Assembly (NCBI RefSeq): GCF_004010195.1
Contig: NC_057744.1
Coordinates: forward strand, 13,295,518-13,359,517
Length of the DNA: 64,000 bases
Source of the DNA: Chiloscyllium plagiosum
Lineage: Eukaryota
Direction: 5' to 3'
Shown: positions 27,401-39,388 of the stretch, piece by piece
Position numbering within the stretch: position 1 is the stretch's first letter
Layout of the letters: the number at the start of each line of letters is the position of its first letter
Notes under the pieces: model-generated
Seen by the model: the letters and a program-made list of their open reading frames with translations, nothing else
Told to the model about the DNA's origin: nothing
Databases searched by the model: none
Made by a program: the position numbers and the translations under genes

Positions 27401-29123
27401 AGGAGTTTTTATCTGATTATTCAGTTTCAGATCAGATAGTTCTGATAACAGACCACAACTTATTAGTAAGCCATTTCAAGACATGTGAAAGTGGGGAGTG
27501 AGCTATATATCAAATTGTCACCCACTGTCCATGCTCATAAGATCTAGCAGAATGAATGATACATACTCTCAAATCAACAAGTATTACATGTTGAACAAAA
27601 GAACAAGTATTTTTCATTATATGCCTGTATTTTTGAGCACACTAATTGAGAAGAGATCACCATTCAAGCATGACTTCTGCTTTGAAGGCAAGTATTAACC
27701 ACGTTGCTCAGCAACCAACTGTATAACCGTTGTGTTACAGGACCTTCTTCTTCAAAGACAGACGATAATGAATGAGATACACAACAAGTGAGCAGGTAGA
27801 GAAAGACATTGGGCAATTTCTTGTTGGTTCTGAAGAAGAGACATATAGCACTTATTTCTCCCTCCTCAGAGCTGCTAGCCCTGCTGAGTTTTTCCAGCAT
27901 TTTCTATGTTGTTCCAGCATGAAGATTGACACATCCAAGACAAAGCAGCCAGCTTGATTGACACATCAACAATCACTTCAAACATTGGTTCCCTCCACGA
28001 CAGATGGACAGCAGAAACAGCATGTACAACCTGCAAGCTACACTGTTCAGTCCAACTCAGCAAGGCTCCTTCAATCGTCGCTTTGAAATGTATCACTTCA
28101 AATGCTTAGAAAGACAGGACAGGAGATGCAAGGAAAAACTACCATATGCAGGTTCTCCTCCAAGTTACACACCGTCCTAACTTGGAACTATATCATTGCT
28201 ATTTCACTGTCTTTAGCTCAGAGTCCTGGAAATCAATTCAGAGCAGCACTGAGTGTATTTATACCGACATGGACTGCAGCAGTTCAAAAAAGCCACTCAC
28301 GATCACTTCCTCAAAGACAATTAACATTCAGCTAAAAATGCTTGCCTTGCCAGCGATGTTCACATCCCATAAGTTAATTATTTTGCTTTCAAAACATTTG
28401 CCTAGAGATACTTTGTCCTTTGAAGAACAGTATTAATAATGCACACAATTACTAATACAGTAACTGCATGCAAGGACAATGCTGACACTGAGAAAGTGCA
28501 CTCTCAGTGCAGACAAGTTGGCATTTAACCAAAAACTAAGCCCCAAAATCAGAAAGCAGCTAAAACCTACATGTATTGACTGTTCTTCCAGTTGTAGTAT
28601 TAAAGATTTGTTTCATTCTAAAATTCCACGAAATTGCTGGTAGCAGAGATTTTGTGAATAGCTTTCCTGTCTTGTGAGGCATTGCAACATCACTAGCAGT
28701 GCATTCTTCCACACGTTTAGAGCTCCTCACCTTTACAGCTTTACCCCACGAAGTTGAATGAGAGAACTTGACAAGGGATGTGTAATGCCTTCCAAACATA
28801 GAAACATTCCGATGTTTGAAAATGATTGTCCTGGGCATTGTGTTGGAGTGCTCAGGGATTCATTTAGAAACAAAACAAGGAATTTAGGATCTACATGTGA
28901 TGTAAACCTCAGAAAATTAAACATGAGGAAAACCTACATTGCTTGCATATAGAACCTTTTGCTCCTACAAGAATTCCTAATGTTTTGCAAACCTCTAAAT
29001 ACATTTTTGGCATTATCACTTGGGCATAGCAATCACCCACAAATGCCAATAAATAAGTGACATCCCTCAGTTCTGTTCTGCAACTGATATCATAGATCAG
29101 GATCTATTTCTACTCATGCACTG

Positions 29124-29182
29124 ATTAGATTAGATTAGATTACTTACAGTGTGGAAACAGGCCCTCCGGCCCAACAAGTCCA
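29124..29182 (-). mobile_element. 5'-truncated HE1/CR1 3' tail with 48-bp TSD
   Basis: (attag)n tail; exact direct repeats at 29076-29123 and 29183-29230. Confidence 0.9.
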
Positions 29183-30039
29183 TTCTGCAACTGATATCAT
29201 AGATCAGGATCTATTTCTACTCATGCACTGGTTGCAGCCTTACCTGTAAATCGTTTCTTGAGGTTGGGAACATATAAATATTTTGGATAGATGATACTTG
29301 CAACATAGGTTAGTCAAAAAAAAATCACTGTAGCATTTCAGCGCTTAACTGAGTGTAATGATCAATCCTTATTTATAAAATAAATGCTGGCAAATTTCCA
29401 AATTGTCAGGCTTCCCATTCCAGTTTGCGGCAGATTGTAAAATAAAGATTTTGATATCTATATGGATACTTAATCTTTATAACAAAATATAATGACATGG
29501 AGGCTTACATAAGTGAACAGAGGCTAGAGAATAGGAGAATATTCTGACAGTGCTGCGTTTAGTTAAGTAGAAGGAAACTTGTGAGGTGCATAATGACTGG
29601 TGTAGACCAGTTGGTTTGAATCATTTATTTCTGTGTCACTCATTCAATGTATTCCACTCACAATGCTTCATAGACTCTTTAATGCTGAATTGTGAGTCAC
29701 ACATGTCTCTCTGATACTCAGCAGAGCTTGGTGCAAATGGTGAAAAAAAACCTGGTAGTTCCACAACTGGATGGAATTTTCCCATTCTTCAAACGAATAT
29801 TTACACTTTGCAAGGACTAAAGGGTGATCCAAGGCATGACTAAATTTAACCAAAGTTTTTGCTAAATCAGTTCAGTATTCTTATGCCCATTTGAATAAGA
29901 AATTCAAAGTCTATTTTCCCATTAGACTGTTGCATCAATTTCCATACAGAATAACATTGGTAAATAATGGATGCAATTAGCTTTTGTTGTAAAATGCAGC
30001 AGGGTTTAGAAAACTCATTTGAATTTCTAAATGTGTGAG

Positions 30040-31686
30040 AGAAGCTGGTTATTATAGCGGTGGAGTTGGACTCCTCAGATAGAAGTATTTATTTGTTTCT
30101 TTTCTCTTTTCATGACTGTTTTTTTTCGTCTTTCTATTCATCTCTCATCCTTGAGCCTCAAGTGAAGTCATCACAGACTCCCAGCCTCAACACAAATTCC
30201 TAGCCTCAGCACGGACTCCCAGACTTAGCGAGGGCTCCTGGACTCAGTGCAGATTCCCAACCACAACATGTATTCCTGGCCTCAGCGCAAGCTCCTGGCC
30301 TTAGCGTAGACTCCTAGCCTCAATGTGGACTCCCGGACTCAGCGAGGGCTCCCAATCTCAACATGGACTCCCGGCCTCAGTGCGGGTTCCTGGCCTCAGT
30401 GCATACGCATACTACTAGCCTCAGTGCAGACTCCCAGCCTCAACATGAACTCTTGGCTTCTGTGTGGATCCCCAACCTCAATATGAACTCCCAGCTTCAA
30501 CATGAACTCCCGGCCTTGGCGTAGACTCCCGGCCTCAATACGAACTCTCGACTTCAACATGAACTCCCGGCCTCAGGAGAGACTGCCAGACTCAACACAA
30601 ATTTCCAGACTCAACACTAACTCCCAGCCTCAGTGCGGACTCACAGCCTCAAAACAAAATCCTGGATTCAACACAAACCTCCGGCCTCATCGTGGGCTAC
30701 TGGCCTCAGCCCAAGCTCCAGCCTCAAAATGAGCTCCCGGCCTCAGCGCAGACTCCCAGTGCGGGCGCTTGGCCACAACACAAACTCCCGGCCTCAGTGC
30801 CAACTCACAGCCTCAACATGAACTCTCAGCCTCAGCACGTGCTCCCAGTCTCAGTGCGGATTCCCGATCTCAGCACAGAATCCTGGCCTCAGTGCGGGCT
30901 CCAGATCTCAGCGCGAATCCCCGGGCTCAGCACGGACCCCTGGCCTCAGCACAGGCCCCCGGCCTTAGCCCAGACCCCCGGGCTCAGCACAGGCTCCAGG
31001 TCTCAGCGCGGGCTACAGATCTCAATGCGGGCTACAGGTCTCAGCGCGGCCTCCTGCCCTCAGTGCAGGCTCCTGGCCTCAACACGAACTCCCGGTCTCG
31101 ACGTTAATCCAGAATGGACTTCCGATACTCTTGGTCTCGAGATGAAGCCCAGTCTGGACTGAAGGAGAGGCCTGGCACAGTCTGGATGTTCGGTGATGGT
31201 GCAAACTGGGTTGGAAGAACTGTTATTGTGAACTTTTTATTTCTTTATTTTTCTCATTTATTCAATGAGTTTATACTTTTGTAAATAAAATGGTGTGAAG
31301 GTCTGTAATTCTGTATACATAGTTCACTCTTCAACTCATTCAGTTTGAATTGTGATGTGGACCATACTGTAAACTGTGTTGGGAAGGCAATTTCAAATTT
31401 CTTTCTCAATATAGAACATAGAACATAGAAGAATACAGCGCAGTACAGGCCCTTTGGCCCTCGATGTTGCACCGATCCAAGCCCACCTAACCTATACTAA
31501 CCCACTATCCTCCATATACCTATCTTTTTATTTCTATACTTTTCCAATTTATTTTCCAAGAATTTGTACTTAAAATTCTGTCCTAGGTACATTTGTACCT
31601 AAGATGGCACTGGAGGTGGTGACTTGTAAATGTTTCACTGTACTCATGTGAGTACATGTGACAATAGAGCAAATTCTAATTCTAAA
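30040..31686 (+). mobile_element. Probable non-autonomous retroposon with Rex1-like 3' tail containing the minisatellite
   Basis: Ends tttcactgtactc...tacatgtgacaata..aaattctaattctaa, similar to the Rex1-like tail at 57165-57220. Confidence 0.5.
30176..31104 (+). repeat. GC-rich 19-bp minisatellite, ~49 diverged units (consensus ~ACTCCCGGCCTCAGCGCGG)
   Basis: Periodicity read directly, e.g. attcctagcctcagcacgg / actcccagacttagcgagg / gctcctggactcagtgcag. Confidence 0.95.
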
Positions 31687-32030
31687 TAATGTTTCCACAC
31701 GTTTGGATGGGAACATTAGTTTAACATAATGCTCAAGGATTACAGGGAGAAGGCAGGAGAATGGGTTGAGAAACATATCAGCTATGATCGATTGATGGAA
31801 CAGGCTCAACAGGCCAAATGGTCTAATTCTGCTCTTGTATCTTACAATCATAAGTTCTCTCATATATTTACTATAGGAAGGATGTGGAGGCACTGGAACG
31901 GGTGCAGAGGAGGTTTACCAGGATGTTGCCTGGTATGGAAGAAATTTGAAATTGCCTTCCCAACACAGTTTACAGTATGGTCCACATCACAATTCAGACT
32001 GAATGAGTTGAAGAGTGAACTATGTATACA
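31312..32030. repeat. 92-bp inverted duplication (31312-31403 / 31939-32030), each copy abutting a CR1 fragment
   Basis: One mismatch; also visible as the shared peptide KKFEIAFPTQFTVWSTSQF in opposite-strand ORFs. Confidence 0.95.
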
Positions 32031-32852
32031 CCAGCTCCCAACAATTAACCCTGTTAATAGTATATATCTTCTGCTTTGAGTTGTTTACTGCTCTGGTAAA
32101 TCTACCTGAAAATACACAAATTAGCATTAACATTAGCCAAACTGTCCTTCTATTTTGCATGTGGCAGCTAAATTGATATGAAATTTAACAATGCCTGAAC
32201 ATTCCCTGGAGTTCTCATATCCACTCAGAAGGTATTCAAGAGTCCATGTATTTCTGGCCTGTCCAACAATTGGAAGGAGACCAACATTGCAGTCCAGGTC
32301 TTAAAAAGGGAGCAAATAAGACATTAAAGTGGGTGAGAAGAGATATTTAAAGATGTTTGTGTTGTTCTATAAGTAGGTGCTGGCATGAGTACAGTGCAAT
32401 AGGTCTAAGAACTGAAGCATAAGATTAACATTGCAAGCTTTAAGTAATAAGACAGCTTAAAATTTCACCTACTCTGTGCATCAACTTAAACACCACAGCA
32501 GTTGTTCTACAGGCATGCCAGAGAATGCAGGTATAAAGATGGCACTCAACGCTCTCACTGCAATTAGCTTTTAACTCATTTAAGCTGATTTATTTCATCA
32601 CATTAAGTAGTGCAATAATTATTGTCTCCATGTGGTAGATTGCATGGATCTGTACTTAAACCATCTGCAGGCTGACCTATTGTTTGTGAAGTTTTGCACA
32701 GCTGTGTGGTTCTTAGCACTTGGTAATTGATCATTTTATTGTAGATTGTTAAGTGAAAGGTACATAGATTTGGTTTGATATAGTTATGCTCAATTTATGT
32801 TAACGTTTGTTTCTCCCCAGCCTTTCAAAAGGTTTGGGTTCAGCTGTTAGGA

Positions 32853-33062
32853 GAAAGTGAGGACTGCAGATGCTGGAGATCAGAGCTGAAAAATGTGTTG
32901 CTGGAAAAGCGCAGCAGGTCAGGCGGCATCCAAGGAGCAGGAGAATCGACGTTTCGGGCATAAGCCCTCCTTCGGGAAGAAGGGCTTATGCCCGAAACGT
33001 CGATTCTCCTGCTCCTTGGATGCTGCCTGACCTGCTGTGCTTTTCCAGCAACACATTTTTCA
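32853..33062. mobile_element. Palindromic non-autonomous PLE derivative with 15-bp TSD
   Basis: TSD gttcagctgttagga at 32838-32852 and 33063-33077; 88-bp arms (32886-32973 / 32976-33063) with 3 mismatches. Confidence 0.93.
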
Positions 33063-34095
33063 GTTCAGCTGTTAGGAAAAGGATTAGATTGGACATGAGT
33101 ACAGATCAGAATGAATGGATTTGGCAAAGAAAGAAATTCTCCCAATTCATGGTGGTTGTCTATAAGACTTTGAGGCCTTGTGCTGATGGTCAAAAGCTGG
33201 CAGTAAATTTCCAGCATGACACTTGCACATCTGTTAACCAACCTTGACATGCAAAACATTGAACAGAATTTTAAGAACCTATTGAAATGGAAGATATGGT
33301 CAGAAGTTTAAAGTTTCTTTATGACTGCTGTAAGATCAGAATTAAAGTCATTACAGTTGCCATAGTGAAAGAGACACAGCTAATTATTTACTTGTGAATC
33401 ACTATCATATTGCAGACTGTGATAGGGGTGGAATGCTCCTTTGAGCATGGAACATATGTGGTGTCAGATATACACCCCGAGGTGAGGACAATAATTTAAC
33501 TGTCTCACCGGCTGATAATTTCCTGGATGAGTCATCGCTTAACTATCTCATATCACAACACATTTTAAGCATTATAAATGGTTCTCCATTAGAATAAATA
33601 GCAGCCGCACTGATATGATCAGGGTCTTTGACATGTGAAAGTTCTGGGAATGTGTATTCGCTGATGCATTAGCTAATGCTTAAAGACAACAATTACATTG
33701 AAGCCTATTTGTGACAACAATTTGGAACTCACTTCAAGAGTTCTCCTTTGAAAGGTTGTCTCCCAATATAGTTTCAGTGAGAATCATTAATCATGATCTC
33801 TTAATGCACAGCATAGACTTCTCAGAGACACATGCAAGGAACAATTGCAACATAGCTAGGAGTGTGGATTTACAAACACAATCTTTGGCTTCAAATTTTA
33901 AATAATTGAATTTCAAAGTCAAACGATCGCATTTAGCTGTACAAGTGTTGATCATAACTGTGTGTTTTGCACTTTTAATTTTCCAAATATGAATCTCCAC
34001 TTGGTTAGTTAACAAAAGTTTCAATTCAATAATTTCCTTAAAAAATGAATTACTTCTTTGGAAAAATGTGACTGTCTCTATTGTAATATTACATG

Positions 34096-34192
34096 ACTCT
34101 CCTGCTCCTCGGATGCTGCCTGACCTGCAATGCTTTTCCAGCGCCAGACTTAACAACTCTGATCTTCAGCATCTGCAGTCCTCACTTTCTCC
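34096..34192 (+). mobile_element. PLE terminal-repeat fragment (other short remnants: 27826-27920, 34785-34900, 39105-39222, 42385-42530, 42900-42980, 54700-54775, 59970-60090, 61503-61640)
   Basis: Conserved tgctgcctgacctgc...ccagc...gcatctgcagt motif. Confidence 0.75.
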
Positions 34193-35059
34193 CCCTTCTA
34201 GTGTCAGATAGACATATAACTTTAACAGTGCTAAGTGTGACATTACCATGATCACAATTGAGAATGAGACATATTGTCATGTAAAATGTCCATATAAAGG
34301 TATCAATCAACCCCATCTCTAATAACTGCCACTGTACTTCAAAATCCATCAAGGAAATTAGTTGGTCAACCAAATGCAATAGAGTCCACAATATTATTAT
34401 GTCTGTGATAGAGTTGTAATACATTTAATTAATTTGTGAATAAATTTTCTGATAGGTATTCTTGGTAAGAACTTGGTCTCGATGTTCTTGTTACAAAAGT
34501 TAATATAATCACACCAGGAAGACATTGGTTTTCATTGTAGACCTACTTTCAGCACCAGATAATATGCAACAAAACTACAGTCCTGAAAAATTCCAACAAC
34601 ATAGTGTTTGTTCTGAATTCATGTTGACCAATAAAGAAATCCTATTTGTATATATTTTTAAAATCTGTAATCTTTCAGACATGATACAAAGTGATTCATA
34701 TGCACTAAATTATTTGGAAATATGGTCATTGTTGTTAGGAAGTTAAATGTGGAACATAATTAAAGCAAAATATTGTGATTCTGGAAATCTGAAATATTAA
34801 AAAACTGAAAATACTGGAGAAATGAAGCAGGTCTGGGACCATTGATGGCGAGAGAAACAGGATTAATATTTCAAGTCCAGTATGACTCTTCTTGCGAATG
34901 TGGAAGATAACGTGCAGATAACAAGATCTCATAAGTTGTTAAAAGATGTGCAACCAGGTTATCTTCATCATTGTTAGTGCTTGAGGGATTAATGCTGACC
35001 AGACAAGGTAACAATACCAGATAGGTAAAACCACAACTAAACAATGGGAGGTATTCAAA

Positions 35060-36518
35060 GAGGAGATAAGTCACTGAGGCATGTTCAAAGATAGAGGCTC
35101 CTGCATTATTAAAGATTAAAGTGTTAAAATGAGGCAGAAAAGGTCAACTTATGACAATTATAAAGTTCATAATATAGTTCAGAAGCTAACTGAGTATTGA
35201 AAGCACAAAGGATATCAAAAAAGGAACAAAAGGGGCAAAGAAAATTTTGAAAAGAAGCTAATAGTTTTTGCATGGGAACCCTGATATATTTTATTCATTC
35301 ATAAATTGTAAAAGAGTAACTAAAGGAAGGTTGAGAAACAAGGGGCAAAGAGAAATCTACTAATGGAGTCAAAGAGTGGCTGATATACTAAATATGTACT
35401 TTAAATCTGTCTTCACTAAAGAAGACACTGTCAATGAAAGTAATAAATAAGAAGGCAGTAGCAATATTGAATAAAATAAAAATAATCAAAGAGGATATAC
35501 TTCAAAGGTTGCCAATCCTCATAGTAGAAATTTAAAAATCACATTCCAGATGAGAAGCATCCTCAGTAACTGAAGTTAGTTAATCCAGAGATTCAGGAAA
35601 TGTGCTGGGAGATGGCAGATGATGGAACTTGAATTCAATAAAAACCTGGAATTAAGAGTCAATTGATGACCATGAAACTGTTGTTGATTGTCATGAAAAT
35701 AACTCACCTGGTTCATAAATGCATATCAGGGAAGAAAACTGCCATCCTTAACAGCTCTGGGTTATATATGACTCCAGATTCACAGCAATGTTATTGATTC
35801 TTTACTGCTCTCTGGGTAAATAGGGATGGGCAATAAATGCTGGCTTAGCCAATGATGCCCATATCCCGAGTTTGAATTAAACGAAAGGTAAGGGTGGAAG
35901 TTGAGAAAGCTCTAACCAAATTGTCTAATCCTCCTTGTGTGTGGGGTTGGCACCAAGGTATTGGAGGATTACAAATGTTATACCCCTGTTTTAAAAAGTA
36001 ATAAACATGGGAACTACAATGTAGATGGTAGAGAAACATTTAGAGGCACCAATCTGGAATTATTGGCATTTGAAAAAGGAAGGGCAATTAAACAAAAGTC
36101 AGCAAGGATTTGTTAAAGATAAATTGTGCTGAACTAATTTGATTGCATTCTCTGATAACATAACGGAAATAGCTCATGTGCACAGTGCAGTTGATATTGC
36201 ACATGTGGACTTTCAAAAACGCAATTGACAAAATACATAATGGATTCAACAAAATTAAAGTCCAAGAGATTAGAGAGACATTGATAGCACAGAAATTGGC
36301 AAAGGGACTAAAATCAGGGAGCTATAGTGAACAGATATTTGTCTTCAGCCTGGAAAGTGGTACACAGTGATAATCCCCAGGGGTCACCATTGAAACCACT
36401 ATTCTTTTTGATAAATATTCAACACCCTAGACTTTTGCATGACTCAAAACTTTGTGATAATATGAAACTTAGCGATGTAGTACACAAGAAGGAGAATAAC
36501 AACAGACTTCAGGATTAG
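35060..36518 (+). mobile_element. Decayed CR1-type ORF2 with nested SINE-A (35577-35878)
   Basis: LNMYF.SVFTKED, SQQGFVKDKLC.TNLI.F, DF.NAIDKI and PQGSPLKPLFFLI remnants. Confidence 0.75.
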
Positions 36519-37124
36519 CGAGTTTTGAGAAAATTTGTAGCTCAGGTTGAGATTTACGTGTTTAGGCTTCCTTGTGTTGGTGAAGTCATTTCCTGTGGTG
36601 ATGTCATTTCCGGTTCTTTTTCTGAGAGCGTGGAAAATGGGTTCAAGTCGATGTGTTTGTTTCAGTTGGAATACCATGCTTCTAGGAATTTTCATGCATG
36701 TCTCTGTTTGGCTTGTCCTAGAATGGATGCGTTATCCCAGTTGAAGTGGTGTCTCCTTCTTCATCTGTATGTAAGGATACTAGTGAGAGTAGGTCATGTC
36801 TTTCTGTAGCCAGCTGATGTTCATGTATCCTGATGGCTAGTTTTCTACCTATTTGTCCAATGTAGTATTTGGTACAGTTATTGCAAGGTATTTTGTATAT
36901 GAGGTTTGTTTTGCTTGTTATCTGTATACAGCGTTTTAAATTCATTAGCTGCTGTTTTAATGTGTTGGTAGGTTTGTGGGCTACCATGATGCCAAGAGGT
37001 CTGTGTAGTCTGGCAGTCATTTCTGAGATGTCTTTGATGTAGGGGAGAGTGGCTATGGTTTCTGGATGTATTTTGTCTGCTTGTTTGAGTTTGTTGCTGA
37101 GAAATCGGCGGACTGTATTCATTG

Positions 37125-37769
37125 TATTATGGACCAGGCCAGGACATTCAAAACATTCTTAAGCAGGCAGCCCAGACCATAACTTTGCAATTTGTTTCTG
37201 TTCTTTAAGTGTACAGTGAAAATTACCCAGAGTAAGTTAGCTAAGTTGACTACCAAGGTTTAAAACAGACAAAAATGTATTCGCATAACTACACAATGAT
37301 ACACAAAGAACAGAATAAAGAACCCCTACAGAACGCAATCTATCCAAACTAGACGTAATTATGCTGTTCCGAATATACACAACAGTTGCAATAAGCAAAC
37401 CCCTAAAACACAGTAAAAATGAAACAAATGCTTACAGGTTGAAGTTCGAAGGGCAGAAGGAGAGAGGGTCTCATAGCCTGTTTCCAAACAGCTGAACTCC
37501 CTAACTACATCTGGACTGAACTGCCCAGCTAGAGAGCTGACCACTCCCCTTTCAAAATACAGGTCACTTCTAAAACATGACCACTTCGGCCTGAAGTCTC
37601 AACTGTTTATGTATAAACAAAAGGCCTTTTAAAATCCTTTTCCATCTCAGTACCAAATTAGCCACCTTGGAGCTGGGAGCTGTTTATGACCTCTCTGAGA
37701 AAAATGAAGGACACAGTATCCTTGCGAAAAGGAACAGCTTATTAAAGAAAAAGGACTAGTTTTGTGACA
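37125..37769. mobile_element. Solo LTR (645 bp) inserted in the PLE
   Basis: T(A)TTAT...GTGACA termini; 4-bp TSD attg/gttg; PLE sequence resumes in register after removal. Confidence 0.75.
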
Positions 37770-38050
37770 GTTGGGTATACCCGTTCTTTTTGAATACGCT
37801 GTATAGGTGATTTTCCTTAGCTCTTCATTGTTCCTCTGTGTTGCAGTGTATGGTGGCTTGTTGAAATAATGTTCTAATGCAGCTTCATTTGTGGGTGTTG
37901 AGATGCTTGCTTCTGTAGTTTAGTATTGGGTCCATATGTGTTGTTTTTCTGTAGATGCTGGTTTGAAGTTCTCAAAGAACATCACTGACCCAAGGAAATC
38001 TAAACACATAAACAGAAAGTGGGTCATAACACCAGCACTCCACCAAAGGC

Positions 38051-38090
38051 TCACTGATGATGTTATCTAACATGGTGACGAAACATCTGG
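38051..38090 (+). ncRNA. Near-intact minimal hammerhead ribozyme motif (PLE family 2)
   Basis: UCA-CUGAUGA-U-GUUAUC(UAACAU)GGUGAC-GAAAC-AUC-UGG; stems I and II pair with G-U wobbles; G16.2>A is consistent with CpG decay. Confidence 0.7.
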
Positions 38091-38179
38091 ATATGAACTT
38101 TCCAGCTCAGCAAGCAAACATACAACCAGAACCTCAACCTGAGCTATAAGATCTTCTCAAAACTCAATAAATTATAAAC

Positions 38180-39050
38180 AGTTGAGATCCCAGTATTGTT
38201 TCTTGTGGCACTCCACAAGTTAGTTTTCCAAACTGATAACAGCTAATTTATCACAAATTTTGATCTGATCTTTGTTAATTAGCAAGTGCTCTGCTGATAT
38301 GTCAGTGCCAACACCATAAACTCTCTTCAAGTGCAGTCACTTTTTATTTGGCAGCTTATCAAATGCCTTTTGCAAATCCAAACCAAATATAGCACATCTG
38401 CAGCATCCCCTTTATCCACTGTTTATTATATCCTCAAAGAATCCAATACATTAGTCAAAAATGATTACCCTTTCACAGAACTTGTTCACTTTACCTAACT
38501 GTACTGAAGTCTTTAAAGATGAAAAGACAAGTTGAGAGCAAAATAAAATTCTGGAGTGCAAAGGAAGTTATTTTGAACCTTAAGAAAACACCAGGTAAGC
38601 CAGTAACTACAGAATCATCGCCTGGGCAGCATACTTAATCAAAGTATGGTACCAGCAATCAGGACTTCAGGTATGTAAACAGACTAGAGAAGTTGAAATT
38701 TTTTCTCCTCAGAAGATGTAAGGTTAAGAAGACATTTGACTGAGATGTAAATAGAATAATGGATAGAATAAATAAGTGGCAACTAGTGACAACAAGCAGA
38801 ACTGGTAACTTGACTGGATCGGATTTAAATGAATTGTCATAGGTGACATGAACAGACATGTTTTTAAACATCAAGTTGTTATTTAGAATGTGCTACCTAG
38901 GAGGGGATAAGCAACTTCAATGATAACCTTCAAAAGACAATTGGATATATATGTGAAAGGGAAAACAAAACAGGAACAAAGGGAAAAAGCTGATAAATAA
39001 TTGGGCATCTTTACCAAAGAGACAGCATGGTACAATGGGCCAACTTATTA
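38180..39050. mobile_element. Decayed CR1 fragments (38180-38480 minus, 38500-39050 plus)
   Basis: GVPQ-like and DL.KAFDKL-like motifs on the minus strand; LEKL.FFLLRR and 3' remnants on the plus strand. Confidence 0.6.
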
Positions 39051-39388
39051 GATTTTGAGTAGATTGTACAGAAGTTCATTGCTCTTTTTTAAGCAATGCC
39101 ATGGGCTCTGCAGATGCTGGAGTTCAGAGTCGCGAGTGTGGCACTGGAAAAGCACATCAGACCAGGCAGCATCCGAGAAGCAGGTGAATCGATGTTATGG
39201 ATAAAATGACCCTCAGCAGGAATGCAACCTTCGCTTTTATTACTGAAGCAGGTAGACTAATCCTCCAGAGTTCCAAATTGAGAGTATCAGGAATTAGATC
39301 AAACTTTCTCACGACTGTTAATGAAACTATTTTCAATAATAAAATGAATTTTTTTTTCAGTTGCTATTTTTGTGGTTTTAATCTGTTA

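Larger units (their letters stand above)
36519..38167 (-). mobile_element. PLE (RT C-terminus + GIY-YIG) with inverted terminal repeat at 37975-38167; interrupted by a solo LTR
   Basis: ORF 36718-37122 TLPYIKDISEMTARL...NLIYKIPCNNCTKYYIGQIGRKLAIRIHEH (GIY-YIG); ends gagttttgagaa / ttctcaaaactc are inverted. Confidence 0.92.

Noticed and set aside
29244-29296. Possible minus-strand 53-bp exon (CAG|GTAAGG donor)
   Set aside because: Weak acceptor, unrecognised peptide and no partner exons
30502-31162. Pro/Ser/Ala-rich repetitive ORFs, or a CRISPR-like array
   Set aside because: The 19-bp unit is not a multiple of 3 and has no unique spacers; it is a minisatellite in eukaryotic DNA
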